A stretch of DNA of 64,000 nucleotides from Chrysomallon squamiferum. Its lineage: Eukaryota > Animalia > Mollusca. How positions within the stretch are numbered: the stretch's first letter is position 1; every line of letters starts with the position of its first letter. Shown here piece by piece: positions 1 to 15,104 of this stretch. The stretch spans positions 10,478,001-10,542,000 of the forward strand of contig CM022665.1 of assembly GCA_012295275.1 (NCBI GenBank), given 5' to 3'. Below the pieces are notes generated by a model, which searched no databases, was not told where the DNA came from, and saw only the letters and a program-made list of their open reading frames with translations. The translations under genes were made by a program, and so were the position numbers.

Positions 1-235
1 AATATGGATATTTAAATAAATAATTCTGGAAAATAAAAACTTGTTTTGTTTCTTCGTGCATTAGATAATACAACAACAGTTTAATTATCCATGTTAAGAC
101 AGTTACAATGCGTGTGTGTGTGAGAGAGAGAAACAGAAAGAGAGAGAGTTATATTTTAAATGTTAAATTAAAAGAAAAACTAACAGTGCAGTATTACTGT
201 TTTTTTTAGGAAATGTTTCAGTCAGTTATCGCCAA

Positions 236-286
236 TATCATCATCACCTTCATTAACATCATCATCATCATTATTATTACTATTAC

Positions 287-349
<63 letters not shown>
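236..349. repeat. (ATC)n/(ATT)n microsatellite
   Basis: Direct inspection. Confidence 0.95.
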
Positions 350-351
<2 letters not shown>

Positions 352-1622
352 TTCATTCCAAAGTATTTCTTACCCTGACGTTATTAATCAACTCACTAAA
401 ATCTCTGAAATAAAAATGATCAGAAGAAATCGCGGAACCAACATCTCCAGAAACGTGGACATATTATTATTTAATGTTTTTCCGCTTCTTCACCTTGGCC
501 CCGGTGACCTCCCGTTAAGCCTATAATCCAATGTTCAAACAACCCACCCTACGGGCCACTCTTTATAGCCAGCCGAACTTTTTCATCTAACCCTAATTTA
601 TAAGCAAAAATTTGTTTTATCATTATTACTTTTTTTTTTTATTCTTCTTTTTTGCAAGCCTTGAGGCTTCAAGTCTCGATGTCATGAGGTTGGTGAACAC
701 TTAGAGTTTTTTTTTTTTTTTTTTTCCCTGTTCCAGACACATTGAGAAGTTTAAATTAAAAACCCATGCTCTTAATGGGAAAGGGCTATTAAATAGGTTA
801 AATAGTCTTTTTTTGTATTTTTTCCCCATTTCAGATTTTCAGAAATTGTTGATATCGATAAATATTTTAATTTTTTTTTTTTTTTTTTTTTTTTTTTCTT
901 GAAGGTCAAATAGGCGCGGTTCTAGAAGGGTACAGGACAGTTCCAAAATAGGTTAATGCATAAAATGGGGGGCTGATTTTATTTTATTATTATTTTATTA
1001 TTATTATTCTTTTATATATATATATATATATATATACGTTTCAAAATTATACTTTCATCATCAAAAAATTTAGTTTTTTTGTTGGGTTTTTTTCCCCCCC
1101 CAGTTTCGTAATTGCTGATAAAAATTTGTGATTATCTGATAACCTTCAAATAACTTCTGGATCCGCTCCTGTAAAAAATGTGATTGATACGGTCAGAAAT
1201 AATGTTTGCATTGCCTCCATTTTCATAAAGTGCTTTGCTTAAATAGTAGTAAAAATTATTCTGTATTTACTTTGCATTTACATACAACCTTGAAGAACTA
1301 CATATCTCCAAGGGTGAAAGTAAATTCAGTGTTATGTATGTTTCGTCCAAAATACAAATAACAGTCAATAACACTTTTATATAAAATTGAAGTTTTGTTT
1401 TTGTCTTTGCTGTATTTTTTATTTTTTATGTTTTTATTTGTCAAAGGAATTTTTGAATCGACACAACATTTAATTTAATTTAGAAAAAGATTTTGATTTC
1501 ATGTTATTTTTGTGATTTTAAATAGTATTAAAAGTTACTGGAAGGGAATTAATAAGAATTTCTACATTTGGAGTTTTACAGGTTTGCACATTTGTATGAA
1601 TGTATGTATGCATGTGTGTTGA

Positions 1623-1681
<59 letters not shown>

Positions 1682-3934
1682 ATAACTGTGAAACGAAAAG
1701 AAACTCTAAAAATAAAATATTCTTCACACTGAATCGTAAAATATAAGATAAATTAAGATAACAGTTATGACGACAGGAAAACTCTAAAACTATATTTTAA
1801 AGCAGACAGTAGAAAACGAAAGCTGACGTAACCAGTGTATCAAGCCTTACATTATTTATCAAGTGAAAGCATCTAGCTGTACTGAATTAAGATGCAACAC
1901 TCTTAGTACGGTAGCGTTTGTTTTTAAGTTCATGAATGATACTGTATGTCAAGCCGGTTCTTTGTTAGAACATCAGATGTCCGCCCAACTGACAGAAATA
2001 ATCCAGCAAAAGTCGTGCAATACAAATGACATTTGAGCCAGTCGTGTGCCGGGAGTGGCGCCTACGATAACCTTTGGACTGAAATCCTCCGGTATTACGC
2101 TGGGACTGTATTGTTGTTAGAGATAGGAATGTTTGACACATGTTAACTTTGTAGCAAACTGTCTAGGCTTTCTGCGTTTTTCACTCAGTTTTAGATAATA
2201 TTTTGTACATCCATACGTCTGTGTTTGAAAGTATGTTGTTTCAAATTTAGATAAAAAACAGATATTTAAACAAAATATGATGATAATGTTTACTGCTGTT
2301 ACTACTATTACGCCTGCGGTTGCTACTTCTACTACTACTGCTACTACTTTTACTAATACATCGTCATTTAAACAAATATTTGGGTATGGATATAACTATG
2401 CATTTGTTTCTAATTCTTTTTAAAAGGCATTTTTATCTGTGTCTATGTTTATTAAAGAATGAGTCTATTCTTTTCAAAATATTTTTTTCGTTGTAATACT
2501 AACAGGGTGTTTAAAAAAATAAAATTAAAGAACTACATCACACGATTATGTAACGCATTTACCACAAACCGCTCTATACAGAACTGCATATTATCTGCTA
2601 CTGCCAACTGCAACCATATCCAACGTTAACGTAGCAGAAAGATTAGGCTTGTGTATAACGAAGGACACTGCGATCATCTTACGCTGTTTTATCACTTTGG
2701 GCTGAACGTGTTTTGAAACATCTGTGGTTTATGATAAATATATTCAAAACAGAAAAGAAACAAACAGAAAAGAACACACAAGTTCGACGTCTGTCAAGCG
2801 AACGTATATATAGATCATTAGACCTCATGTTAAACACAGGATGAATTCCCTATTTATATATTTATTTATTACTTTTTTAATTTTATTTCTGACAGTCTAA
2901 ACCAAGTATTCATAAGTTTTATAAATTATTTAACTCTGAAAAAGCAGGTGTCCTCAGAAAACTTTTCTGTAATTTCTGTAATTTAATCATAATTTTTTTT
3001 ATCAAATCCTTTCGCTGATATAGTGATATGTTGCGTATATGTTTTTATTATTATATACATCATTGTAAATGCACCATCTTGTTATAATTATGTCAAATTT
3101 TGAATAAATTTATCCTCATATGCCGTAAACTGCGGCCTGAGTGTAAAGTTCAGTTCAGTTCGGTTCAGCCATATGAACTGTTTCTCGTTCATATCCATAC
3201 TACATGAGTGATATATCCTCGTTTGCGGGAAAGTGTGTGTGTGTATGGTTGACGTATAATAATAATTTAAAAACTGTTGTTAACAGTATCCATTTAATCA
3301 TATAATAATTTGTTCTTTATTCAAGGAAATGAAATCTTTGGTGCTTCTTGATTCATTCATTTATTTATTTATTTATTTATTTATTTACATATTAAGTAGT
3401 TATCTAAAGCATGCATTTTGAAACACCCATAAACGATACATTTAACCAGTCTCTCTCTCTCTTTCCGACCAATCAGGGCTCCCCATTATAACCAGTTTAT
3501 TCATGCCTCACCAAAAACACTGCAGAAAAGTAACAAAATGTTTCAAAGACAACGTACACTTTGAAATACGTAATTCAGTTTTAAAACTGAAATTTAATAC
3601 TGTTTAACCTTCCGGGTAACGAATTATGATTCTATCTATCTTCTTGTCGTAAAAATTATTTTAAATATATTTTCTTTTTCCGCTGTCAACGGTCCGAGAA
3701 TAAATAAAGTTCAATTCAGTTCAGTTCAAAGAAAAGAACGGAAACTTGTTACAAGGCGTGAACAATTATTTAACAATTTTTTGTTTTCAATGACAGAGCT
3801 GAGATTTTAATTACAGACCAATAAACTGTGATTACTAAGCAATGGAAGGGATCCGAGTGTGTGTCACGTGATGCGCATAAATTAGTGGGTTAGAAGATAT
3901 CACTTATGAGCGTCGAACTAACTAAATGCGGTTA

Positions 3935-4288
3935 TTTATATATAATTATATACATACGTACATACACATATATACACACATATGCATACACATACACACT
4001 ATACATATATAAATACATACACACATATACACACACACATACATACATACTATATACATAGATACACAAACACATACATATTTATACATACGTACATACA
4101 CATACATACATACACATACACATCTATTCATACACACATACATATATACCCATACATACATCAGTACATACATACTTTCAAACACACAGACATGTGTGCA
4201 AGTTGCGTGTGTGTGTGTATATATATATATATATACATATACACACACACACATAACTTACACACACATGCACACCCATACAAACACA

Positions 4289-4355
<67 letters not shown>

Positions 4356-4365
4356 ACACACACAT
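3935..4365. repeat. Compound (TA/CA/TACA/CT) microsatellite
   Basis: Direct inspection; it produces the spurious HTHT/CVCV/ERER ORFs. Confidence 0.95.
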
Positions 4366-6984
4366 GGAATGAAAAAGTTAATAACACTCTCGCAATTATT
4401 TTGTAACCACCACAGTGTAATAACAACAACATCTACGACAAGTTACAAATTCAATAATCTACTTGAGTTTTTCACAAATCACAACAACGTGACGTCACCG
4501 ACACAATTTTATCTCTCTGTTTGCATTGAGCTGACACATAAAAAAAAAAAAAAAAAAAAAATTGATTTAAACATCGTGTGTTTACTTCGTACTTATATCT
4601 TTTTCACATACTTAATGGCCGCTGATTTAAAAGGGACACCAGGGGGCAGAAGTGGTGTGACATAATCCATAAGTTTGCATTCACCTCACTTGCTCGATTT
4701 GTTACCTGGAGGTACTTGCACGTGCTTGACCAGTTCACAAAGGAATGTAATAATTTCTGTTAACAATGGAATTAGAAAAATTCAATATTTGTGGTATATC
4801 TTACTGTCTGTCTGTCTGTCTTCTTCTTTCCCAATTCTAACAAATAAAGTGTGTGACCACTTTCCACTAGCGGTACCAAAAGTTAGCGAGAGAGCTGTAA
4901 TACTGTAAAAAAAAATAAAAAAAATAAAAATTTCTTCTTTTTTTTTTTTTTTTTTTTTTAAACTATTTAGTTATTTATAATGATTTCCTTCTTTCTAATT
5001 TTTTTTTCTTTTTTTTTTAAATTTCTGACTTTCATCTTGTTTTTAAATATTCAGTTAGCTTATTAAATCTGAATTCTACACATAAAAGTGGTAAAACGTG
5101 AGGTTTCGTGCACAAACGATAGAGGTCAGAATACCCAGCATGCTCTTATATCTGTCAAATTAAATATATAAATTCTTAATGTGCCTTTTATGAGTGGTGG
5201 TCACACACGTGTTTATTGTAATCATGGCGACAAAAATCCCTTTAAATGTAAAGGAATTAAAAACGCATTTTCACGAATCATTCGCTGAATGACTATAGCA
5301 AAATATTCGGCGAAATAAGCTCTTAGGAACAAAATAAAATAAAGTAAAGTAAAGTAAAAAAAAATAATAATAAAAAAAAAATAAAAAATAAAAAATAAAA
5401 ATAAAAATAAATAAATAAATAATAAAATAAATAAATAAAATAAAATAATTAAAAGTTTCAACATTTATATAAATTTTGGTCGATATAGTTAATATACAGT
5501 CTCAAAATAGTGATTGGATATACCTTTACGTCAAACAAAATACACAGCTTGCATTTTATTTGTTATCTTTCAGGAATTAAAAATGGTCGATTTACAGGGA
5601 CTCAGTCTATAAAGGATAGAATTTAGGACACGAATATGTGCGAAATCAAAGGTCCACCAACAGTAACTCAGTCTAATTTGTATATTTATTTAGATAACTA
5701 AATAATTTTCTTTATCCAAATTGAAAATGTATTATTTTCAGTTATGTCAGATGAAATATCAGGTAGTGTGACACTGAAATACAGAAATTAATTTTATAAA
5801 GGAAATATCAGTTTTGTTTAGTGTTTATGTTACATAGTGTTATTTTCTTCATTTTTATTTTATTATTATTTTTTTAAATCATTGTCACCAAGTGTTCAGT
5901 TTGATAACAGGACACTACACGATATTGTATTTGAAATAATTAATTAATTTTCAAAGTTATTTTTATAATCTGAAGTGATATTTACATCTGGGGGAAGGAT
6001 TATTAACAGCTGTCTGAGAATACTGTGCCATTTAATATATATATATATATATATATATATCGATCGGTAACTTTTTATTACTTTCAAAACTGGGTACTCA
6101 AAGATTGTTTGTTGTTTATTTTTATTTTATTTTATTTTATTTTTTTTTTTTGGGAAATAAATCGTAATATGGAAAGATAGTGAAAAACAAAGGAAAACTG
6201 GTTTTTAAAAGCTCCAAAAAATAAATAAATAAAATAAAATAAAATAAAAATCTGTATAATAAATTTGAACAGTGTATAATTTATGTTTTAATATTCTTTA
6301 TATAGAACCGCTTTTTTTTCTCTCTCTCTCTCTTTCACTAATTACCATCATCATATAGAATATTAGTTCATCATTATTTACGTCATAATTTTGTCACCTC
6401 GAACTTTTTCTTGCAAGTATTATCATATTCATCAGTAATGATCATCTTCGAAATGAAATGAAAATAAAACTTACTTTATTTGCTTTTTATTATGTTTCCT
6501 AGGATTTCACAAAACCCGCTGAAAGAATTTTTCAGTGTTAAAAACTTGACAAACGCCACGCCGCAGAAATTTTTTATTTCAGTTTCACCATGTTGTGTCA
6601 CTGGATTAGCCATATGGTTCTGTTAGTATTAGGAGATCAAGAAACATTTAATACCAATCGTCAACATTTTTATCCCCGCTACGGGGGTTGTCCGGGAATG
6701 TATTTCTGACAACAAACCATTGTTAACTTTCTACCCGGGACGACGGACTCTGCTGGGTGCCACATCGCTTTCCAAGCCTCGGGCCGTGCTAGCAATTTGC
6801 AACATTCATTTCGAAAGCATTAAAATGTCAGGGTAAGAATTATGAACAATCGCAAAGTAATTTGCAGGTTTGCTGTTTTTGCTCCATCTCCACTGGCATA
6901 TATGCGTTGTGTACACAAAGAAGGTCGTCACCTATAACGTTTTATAATATTTGTTTTGAAAATGTTTTCTTTGATAGAAAGAGA

Positions 6985-7101
<117 letters not shown>

Positions 7102-7662
7102 TTTCATTTACGACAGACTTGAAGTTTCTGATACCATTGGTATTAATTTATATTCCATTTTCTTCAGTAGAACTATTTCTATAACCTATAGCAGAATGAA
7201 AACCAACGAAAGAAATTTTTAAATGAATGAACGTAATGATGAAGAAAGACACTAAGACTCTTTAAAAGATATACAGGCCCTCAGACAATAAAAAATAATT
7301 ATTATAATTATAGAAACCAGTAGTATGCGTGTCCAGCAATGTAGGTTACTCAAGAGAGCCAGTCATTTTTTTTTTTTTTTTTTGCAGATGGACGGTTGTT
7401 TCTTTTTTGTCTGTGTATGAATTTCGTTTCAACTTGAAGCTTACATCTACCAACGAATGGTTATTTTAGTTTCTGAAATCTTCTAAATAAGCACATTTTT
7501 CATTTTAACCATCTAAATTAACTCGTGGTTACGATGACATGCAACATAAGTTTCCACACAATAATAACAGTTGTGCGTTTTTCATTATTTTATCTTTCGT
7601 TTCACAGTTTTTAATTAGCACTCCACACACCAAGCAACAAGCACATACTCTCTACAGATACA

Positions 7663-7697
<35 letters not shown>

Positions 7698-8368
7698 CTA
7701 ACCAGCCTGGATTTATTGCATTGTCAGACACGGCGACAAGAAACACGTTTCAACTTCGTCCAGTGTTCTTTGATGAAACGTGTAGTAATCTTTATCTATG
7801 ACAAACTGTGGACGACACGATTCATACCCAACAAGAGAAGTTTTATTGACCCAAAGATTTAGTTACGTCGTCGTCGTCGTTGTCGACTTTCATGTTGTAA
7901 ACATCTGAGTGTCGCCGTCATTCACAACACGACTAATATATCGCCCGTTGAGATTTCCTATTTGTTAACCTGTCCACAAGTCTTTCGAATAAACATATAT
8001 GACTTGTGACGTAAGTTTCACTTACACGCTCAAAGTATTAAGACAGCCATGTAAATGACTTGGAGTACACAGGCATTAAAGTGATAAAACTGTTTTAATT
8101 CGGGTAAGATTATTTTGACGTTTATATGATTTTCCGTTAATAATAAAAAGAGAACAGTAATGCCTGGGCTCATTGCAGTGGTGTAATTTAATTTAATTTA
8201 ATTTGTTTGTTTATTTACTCTTTATTATTATTATGGTTATTGTTATTGTTATTGTTATTGTTATTGTTATTGTTATTATTATTATTATTAATACTGAATG
8301 ATACCAGATTAAATTTGAAGACAATTTGCCTTTGTCTTCTAATCTTTAGAAAGCGGTGACATTAACAC

Positions 8369-8423
<55 letters not shown>

Positions 8424-8805
8424 CGCGTGCACTTGTTCAAACATAGCTAGGAAAAACGTACACGCGTAAAAGAACCACTTGATGTAAATGAGATGCAAGC
8501 TATAAATGTCTGTCGTATAATTCAAAAATTAAGACAAAATGCTGTCAGAAACCATCTTTTAAATCAAAGTTAGTAATTATTTTCAATATCACATATGTTT
8601 CAGTTGTCTTTGTATGGTATTCCTCTTGTTTCCGTTGAGTCCAATGTTTTTATTTTATTTTATAATTTGTTTGTTGGTTTTTAATTATACACCAAACATT
8701 ACACTGTAACCTGACTCTAGAGAAACACGTTTATAAATCTGAAACTTGTTATACACACTAATATTTAAAAAAAAATGCACATCTTCGTTGGTCTAATTTA
8801 TTCGA

Positions 8806-8913
<108 letters not shown>

Positions 8914-11900
8914 CATTTTCTTTTAATGCAGTTATAATTTTACTGTATTCCTACAATGGGAACGTAAGTTCTAACTCGGACACACAATGAAAAACCCAAC
9001 CAAGATAATCCACTTTATTCATACACCCTAATGACTATTACAAGTTTTTACAAAGTATCTGAAAAACTCCGAGAATTCTCTGTCATTAAATGTTACAGAA
9101 TTTCACTGTGATGATTATTGTTCATTCTAACTTTCACTGTCTGAGTAATTCAACACGTTTTGGAACTAAGTGTGAATTCATTACAACTGATCTGGCGTAC
9201 TAATTTTTATGTGACCACAGTCGCCCACACGTACAAAAATTACACGAATTACGTGTAATGTATATCGCAGTCACGGTGAGTATGTGGTCAGTTTGTCATC
9301 ACAATGGTCACTCGTTAAAATGCCAGCGGAGAAATTATGAACTGTTACTGCCCAATCCATCGACCTAACGTCACGAAGAAATGTTGTCGTTTCCGCCATT
9401 GCAAACCGTCCTGATCGGCGCACGCCAGTTAAATCTGCCACTCGGAATGCCGCAATGGTCCTGTCCAAACATGCAGTGTTTTGATGAACGGGTAACCTGC
9501 TGGCAGTAAATTGCGCTGTCCAGAACGTAAACACAAGATTTCATCGTAAATCAGCTTATCGTATTGTGTGTCCATTTGGAAGACGTACGCATTAATTGAA
9601 GAAATTCCTAGGCAGTTTTCAGAGTTATGTTCCGTTAATGAATTTCCCTTGACCAGTCACTCATCTGCTGTTGGTACAGAATGTGTTGCTGACCCTTCAG
9701 TACTAGACATTATTTCTCTTATAAACAGACCACCAACAGGAAATGCATGTTGTAAGAAATGTTCCAGTTCCCTGGTTGATACACTAGAAGATAATGAAAG
9801 AAAAAGAAAGATCAAGTTTCAAATTGTAATTTGTTAATAAAATGACAAAACGTCAGATGACATTCTGAAAACATGGCTTCTGGTTAATAAATAATAGTAC
9901 TAGTACTACGTGATTATGACTACGTTCATTAAACGTTAATGACGCTGAATTTGTATTTAAGATAGTAATTAAAATACTAAGGTTTTGACTAGATAATTAA
10001 TTTTCAATTTTTGTTTCACTACTACTACTACTATTAAAGTTTAGTTTTGCTGATCACTGCTGGTGTTTTGGTCTCTCCCTCTGTCTTTCTGTCATCTCAT
10101 ATATTTCATTAAAGGTCGTAGCGTGTGTTTTTCTGTCTGCAGGTAACGTACACATTAGATACGAAAATAGCAACCCTGTATGTTAACCATCCACTAACTA
10201 CTAATAAGTTTTTTAAAAAGTAAAACGGCCGTTACATTTAAATAACAATTTTCTTTCTCATTCGTTGTATCTTGTGTTCACAAGCGTGCTTTTGAAAGAA
10301 TACATAATATGTAACTTTGTAATTTTTATTTTTATTTTTATTTTTAAATCAAGTAAATAAATAACAACATAAAAATATTCTGCGAAGTTAAACTGCAATT
10401 AGCAGTTTCTGTGTTTAGAAATCTCAAGTACTGCAGATTTTAAATAACCGAACATAATGGCAACCTAATGGCTACGATCTTTTATTTGAGCAGAATGCCC
10501 ACAATGTTGATGCATATTGATTGACACAATCTGACTTGCGGTTTTCCATTAACTGAACACGTTGGCGATCTAAGAGTTACGCTAATTTATTTCAGAAAAT
10601 GTCCACAACCTTCAAGTGTTGACTGACACAAGCGGTCCTTATCAGTCAAGGGCACGGTGATGATGGATTCCATTCGGCAACGATCGGCCTCGTCAGCGGA
10701 ATTCTCCGTTATCATCCGAAGCAAGATAAGGCTTTACACTTGAAAGGTAACAGATAGTAGGTTTCTGATACAGCACGCAGTAATGGCAATTATTGGCAAA
10801 ACTGAAGTCAGCTTTCCTTGGAGAACTATTGTTTGGAATCTTTGCCGGCATATTTAGTAATGTGGTGAACACTTGAAAAGGCTTAACATATACGATTGTT
10901 TTTGTTTGTATTTCACAGACGTGTTCTGGTTTTGTTTATCTTGTGTGCAAAGTCGTGACCGGCTCTCGCCATTTCTAATCATTCATCAAATATCACAGCA
11001 AATGAATTCTAGCTTATCGTTTCAAACTAAAATTGAAAGTGTTTAATATTAATTAGAATATTTACTGTACAGCGTCGTGTAAATAGTGCATCGAGAATGT
11101 GTAGACAGAATCTTTCTCTCTGTCTGTCTCCATCTCCCTCCACTATAAATCTCTCTCTCTCTCTCTTCGTTCTCTGAATATGTTTCGTTGAGACATGTGT
11201 GAGTACACACTCTTATACTCTCACATTTTTAAAAACAAATAGACTAACACAGGGACAGAGACATCCATACTCAGGATCATACAATATGCATAAGAAAACT
11301 TTAAGATAAACATAGAAACAGAGACTGTCAAATACATACTCATATATTAAAACACTATACAAATAATAAGCAAGAAGTATGAAACTATATATTCACGCAT
11401 ACACTTCTTAGTGCTTTTCTCTGAGTCCAGGAAAAAATATTTATTTTGTATTTAATGATTAGACAGAGAGACGAAATATGTAATAAAATACCTAAATCCC
11501 TTTATGTATATATAAATATATTTCTCGAGAATCTTTAAGGTTAAAGAAAAGTAGTCCACAAAAAGCCAGCGATGTTATCAGACACATTAGTAAACTCAAT
11601 TAAATCATGTCGAGCGAAGAATTTTACTATTTGCATAACACCTTCATAATCCACATCTTCGCGCCCAAACTCTTTAAATCTTTGTTTCATTGCATAACGG
11701 ATCTTCAAGATTTAGTATGAGTAACGCCGAGAAGTCCCGTTAAGAATGTTCGTGTTAAGAACAAATCTTTTGACTGGTATTCTTCGCGCGACCTCGGCTG
11801 TGAACTAAAGCCAGAATGTCTTTGATTACGTCATTCCAGATACGACTGATGCTGCTTCAGTTAAGTACATACGTTATGCAAGCAGATGGATAAAGCGATT

Positions 11901-13315
11901 AAAGACTTCGAAAGTCAGAGACTTTTGTGTTTGGCTTACTAACTGATAGAGGCATGCTAATTCTGCTTCATTCTTGAAATTTCCTTTAAGACTACTTCAT
12001 TGCTGAGTTTTTTTTTTTTTTTTTTTTTTTTTTATGGTCCCAGTAGCTATTGTGGCATCAAATTCCTTAAGATTTATAGTTTCTTATAGAATTAATTTTT
12101 GGTCGACTTGAGTCTTTTGATTCTGATAGTTGCAAAAATGTTAAAATTGAGTTTTGGAATTACGACAGGGCCATTGAAGTATATACGTTATGCAGTTTCT
12201 AAAAAAAATGTTTCCTGTGCTAAACATTTAGCTTTACGAAAACATATATATTATTTATCTGGCCATACACCAACATAAAAGACACGGAAGAACGCAGTCT
12301 TTATAGAGTATAAAACAGAGAGAAAAAGCATTATCTGAAATATTAAATGTCTACGAATTATAATTATTACATATCGAAATAATCGAAAATTTGATAGATT
12401 AGTGGATCGACAAGGACCAACCAATCCGAACGGGTAATCGATTATATTTTTTCAACCGATGTATCATTAATACTATCAAAATTATATCAAAAACGGGACT
12501 GGCAAAAAAAAAAAAAAAAAGAGTACTAAACATAAATGTCATATATACCAATTTATATTCATTAACGTACATAAATGACTGTCTGATAATTATAATCACA
12601 TAAACATGATCAGAAAGAGATTTTTAGACAACCACTTTTATCGTACGTGACATTTGTTGCTGTGGCTGACGTCGAGGCTGACTGACGTGAGCCTGGTTAA
12701 CTCGAAGAAAGCTTTACATCGACAAGTTACATCAGAGAACATGGCGGTGACAATGAAAAAGTGTCGTACTTAATCCATGCTCGGGGCTAACTGACGGTTC
12801 AAATGGTCACATGCCAAGGATGACGATACACACAGCGTCTGTCAGAATATACGCGTCGATTTGAAAAACAAAAATATTGTATCTTATTGTTACTGTTGTT
12901 TGTCTATGAGATACATATGCACGTTATAACAACAGTTCAGATTAAGAATGTTTGTGTGATATTCTCTTCATTTTTAAATATATATTTTTAAGCACCGAAA
13001 CTATTCATGTTTTTAGGCGTGTGTGTGTGTGTGTGTGTATGTGTGTGTGTGTGTGTTTTTTTTTATGGGTGTGATGCTGGGTATATATCTCTTTTATACC
13101 TGCTTGTGATGATTAGGTACTTTCAGTAAAACTTCACCAAACGAATGACGCCTTTATGATATGTTGAAATAATTCTAGAGTAGTAATATCGAGAAGGCCC
13201 AGAATATTGTCGTTGTATTAGTTTGATGAACTCACACAATTTCACGTATCATTTTTGCTTCTTGGATAATAACATACCAGTCTGAAGAACAAACACAGAT
13301 GTATTGTGTCTGAAA

Positions 13316-13365
13316 ACTGCTACTGCTACTACTACTACTACTACTACTACTAATAATAATAATAA

Positions 13366-13396
<31 letters not shown>

Positions 13397-13768
13397 AAGA
13401 AGAAGAACATTAACAATAACAATAGGAAAGAGGAAGATAATAACAGACACGTTTTACTCCAAGGGGAACAACCAGTTTTCTCAAGCGTATGATTATTGTC
13501 ATAGTAAGATTGAGTTATCTTTCTTATTAAAACAAATATGAAATTTTCTAAAATGGTAGGCTTATTATTAAATTTTGTAAATTACAGTGAATAGTTTTTT
13601 TAATTTTTTTTTTTTTTTTTTTTGTTTTGAGAAACGTATTTAATAAGATCATTAAAAAACATTATATAATCTTTGCTGGCGGAAAAGCAGCAGTTTTTTT
13701 ATTCAAAAGATACATTAGACTATTCAATGTTATATTATTATTATTATTATTATTATTGTTGTTGTTGT

Positions 13769-13802
<34 letters not shown>

Positions 13803-14089
13803 GCTGTTGCTGATGATGATGTTGTTGTTGTTCCTGTTATCATCATCCTCATTACTATTATTAAATCTTGCTAATTTAATTTTATACTACTACTACTACT
13901 ATTACAGCAAGTACCTCTTTAATTCGCCAATCTTTGGATGTGGCCGTTGCCGAATTACAGAAAATGCCGCACTACAATAACTGAACAAGTGAAACCGTGC
14001 AGAAATTTGGGAGTAGCCGAATTATGGAGTGCCGAACTAAAGACGTACAACCTTAACTACTACTACTTTTTTCTTCTTCTTCTTCTTCT

Positions 14090-14151
<62 letters not shown>
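13316..14151. repeat. Cluster of trinucleotide microsatellites (CTA, TAA, GAA, TTG, CAA)
   Basis: Several compound triplet runs at 13316-13425, 13730-13905 and 14056-14151. Confidence 0.9.
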
Positions 14152-14152
<1 letters not shown>

Positions 14153-14229
14153 CTATTTCAAAAAGTATCCATAAAAATGTCGGTTTAAGGATGAAAAATA
14201 ACAAATAATGACTTCCCTATATTCGTTCA

Positions 14230-14770
14230 AAAATAACTGTTAGTACCAAGTTTATTAACAATACAATTATGCAATTTTCGAATGAGGACTCTGTCTAGCA
14301 GGGTTGATCCTGAAATCCTTCGTACAACGAGCATGAAGAAACTCCTTGATGTTCAAAAGTATACATGTTACAGGAAATATGTACAATTATTGGAAATTTC
14401 TGAAAACGTGTGTAAATTCTGATTCACTCAGGAAACTGGCAATGCAAAGGCTGGAAGTAGATCATCTTCTGACTGGAACCAGTGGAGAATTTCATGGAAG
14501 AGACTAGATGATAACAGGCTAGTGCAAGCATCAGAACCCATTAGTGCGGAAGAAGGGGAACACTTAATTTTCTGTGGAAACTGATCAAATCTGAGTCTAA
14601 AAGTCTATTCAGCTATATTGTTGTTTCCTGACCAACAAACAAGTATGTCCTTAATGTCACAGTTTTCTCTTTCTATAGACCCTTGGCTCTGTGGATGTCT
14701 AGCTTTTCCTTGGACCATAACCAGCTTGGGCCACATTACTTTCAGCTTAGTGATTACACCTATTTTTCTG
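14230..14770 (-). mobile_element. Degenerate KRBA2/SCAND3 (Ginger/GIN-like) integrase fragment
   Basis: Minus-strand translation VITKLKVMWPKLVMVQGKARHPQSQGSIERENCDIKDILVCWSGNNNIAE*TFRLRF matches the rve integrase segment of KRBA2-like elements (WP.LKIVHGKPRHSQSQGSVERAN.DI..ML..W). It has stops and deletions. Confidence 0.8.
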
Positions 14771-15104
14771 AAAATTTCAGAAATTATATATATTTACTGA
14801 TAATACATATTTCCTGTATATTTGAAATATATAAAGTTGATCAGTGCGACCCATTTTAGAATGGTTCGCTGATGGCATTAATTCAACATAATACCGTTGT
14901 TGTTGAAATTGGTGTCGTTGTTATTGTTATTTAGTTTTCATAGATTTTCTTCTTTTTTATGTTGAAAATATCACCCTTTATTTCCGAAACCTAATAGGCA
15001 GTTTCAATTTTATGCAAACCACTATTTACGAATAAATAACAAAAAACATTGAATCGCCTATTTATGGAGGAAATTAGTACGAATATCAGTGTCAAAACAA
15101 CAAA

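Noticed and set aside
1868-1885. ATCTAGCTGTA resembling part of miR-9, plus short matches to miR-2 (~10991) and miR-31 (~60521)
   Set aside because: The matches are only 9-11 nt with no full mature sequence and no evident precursor hairpin.
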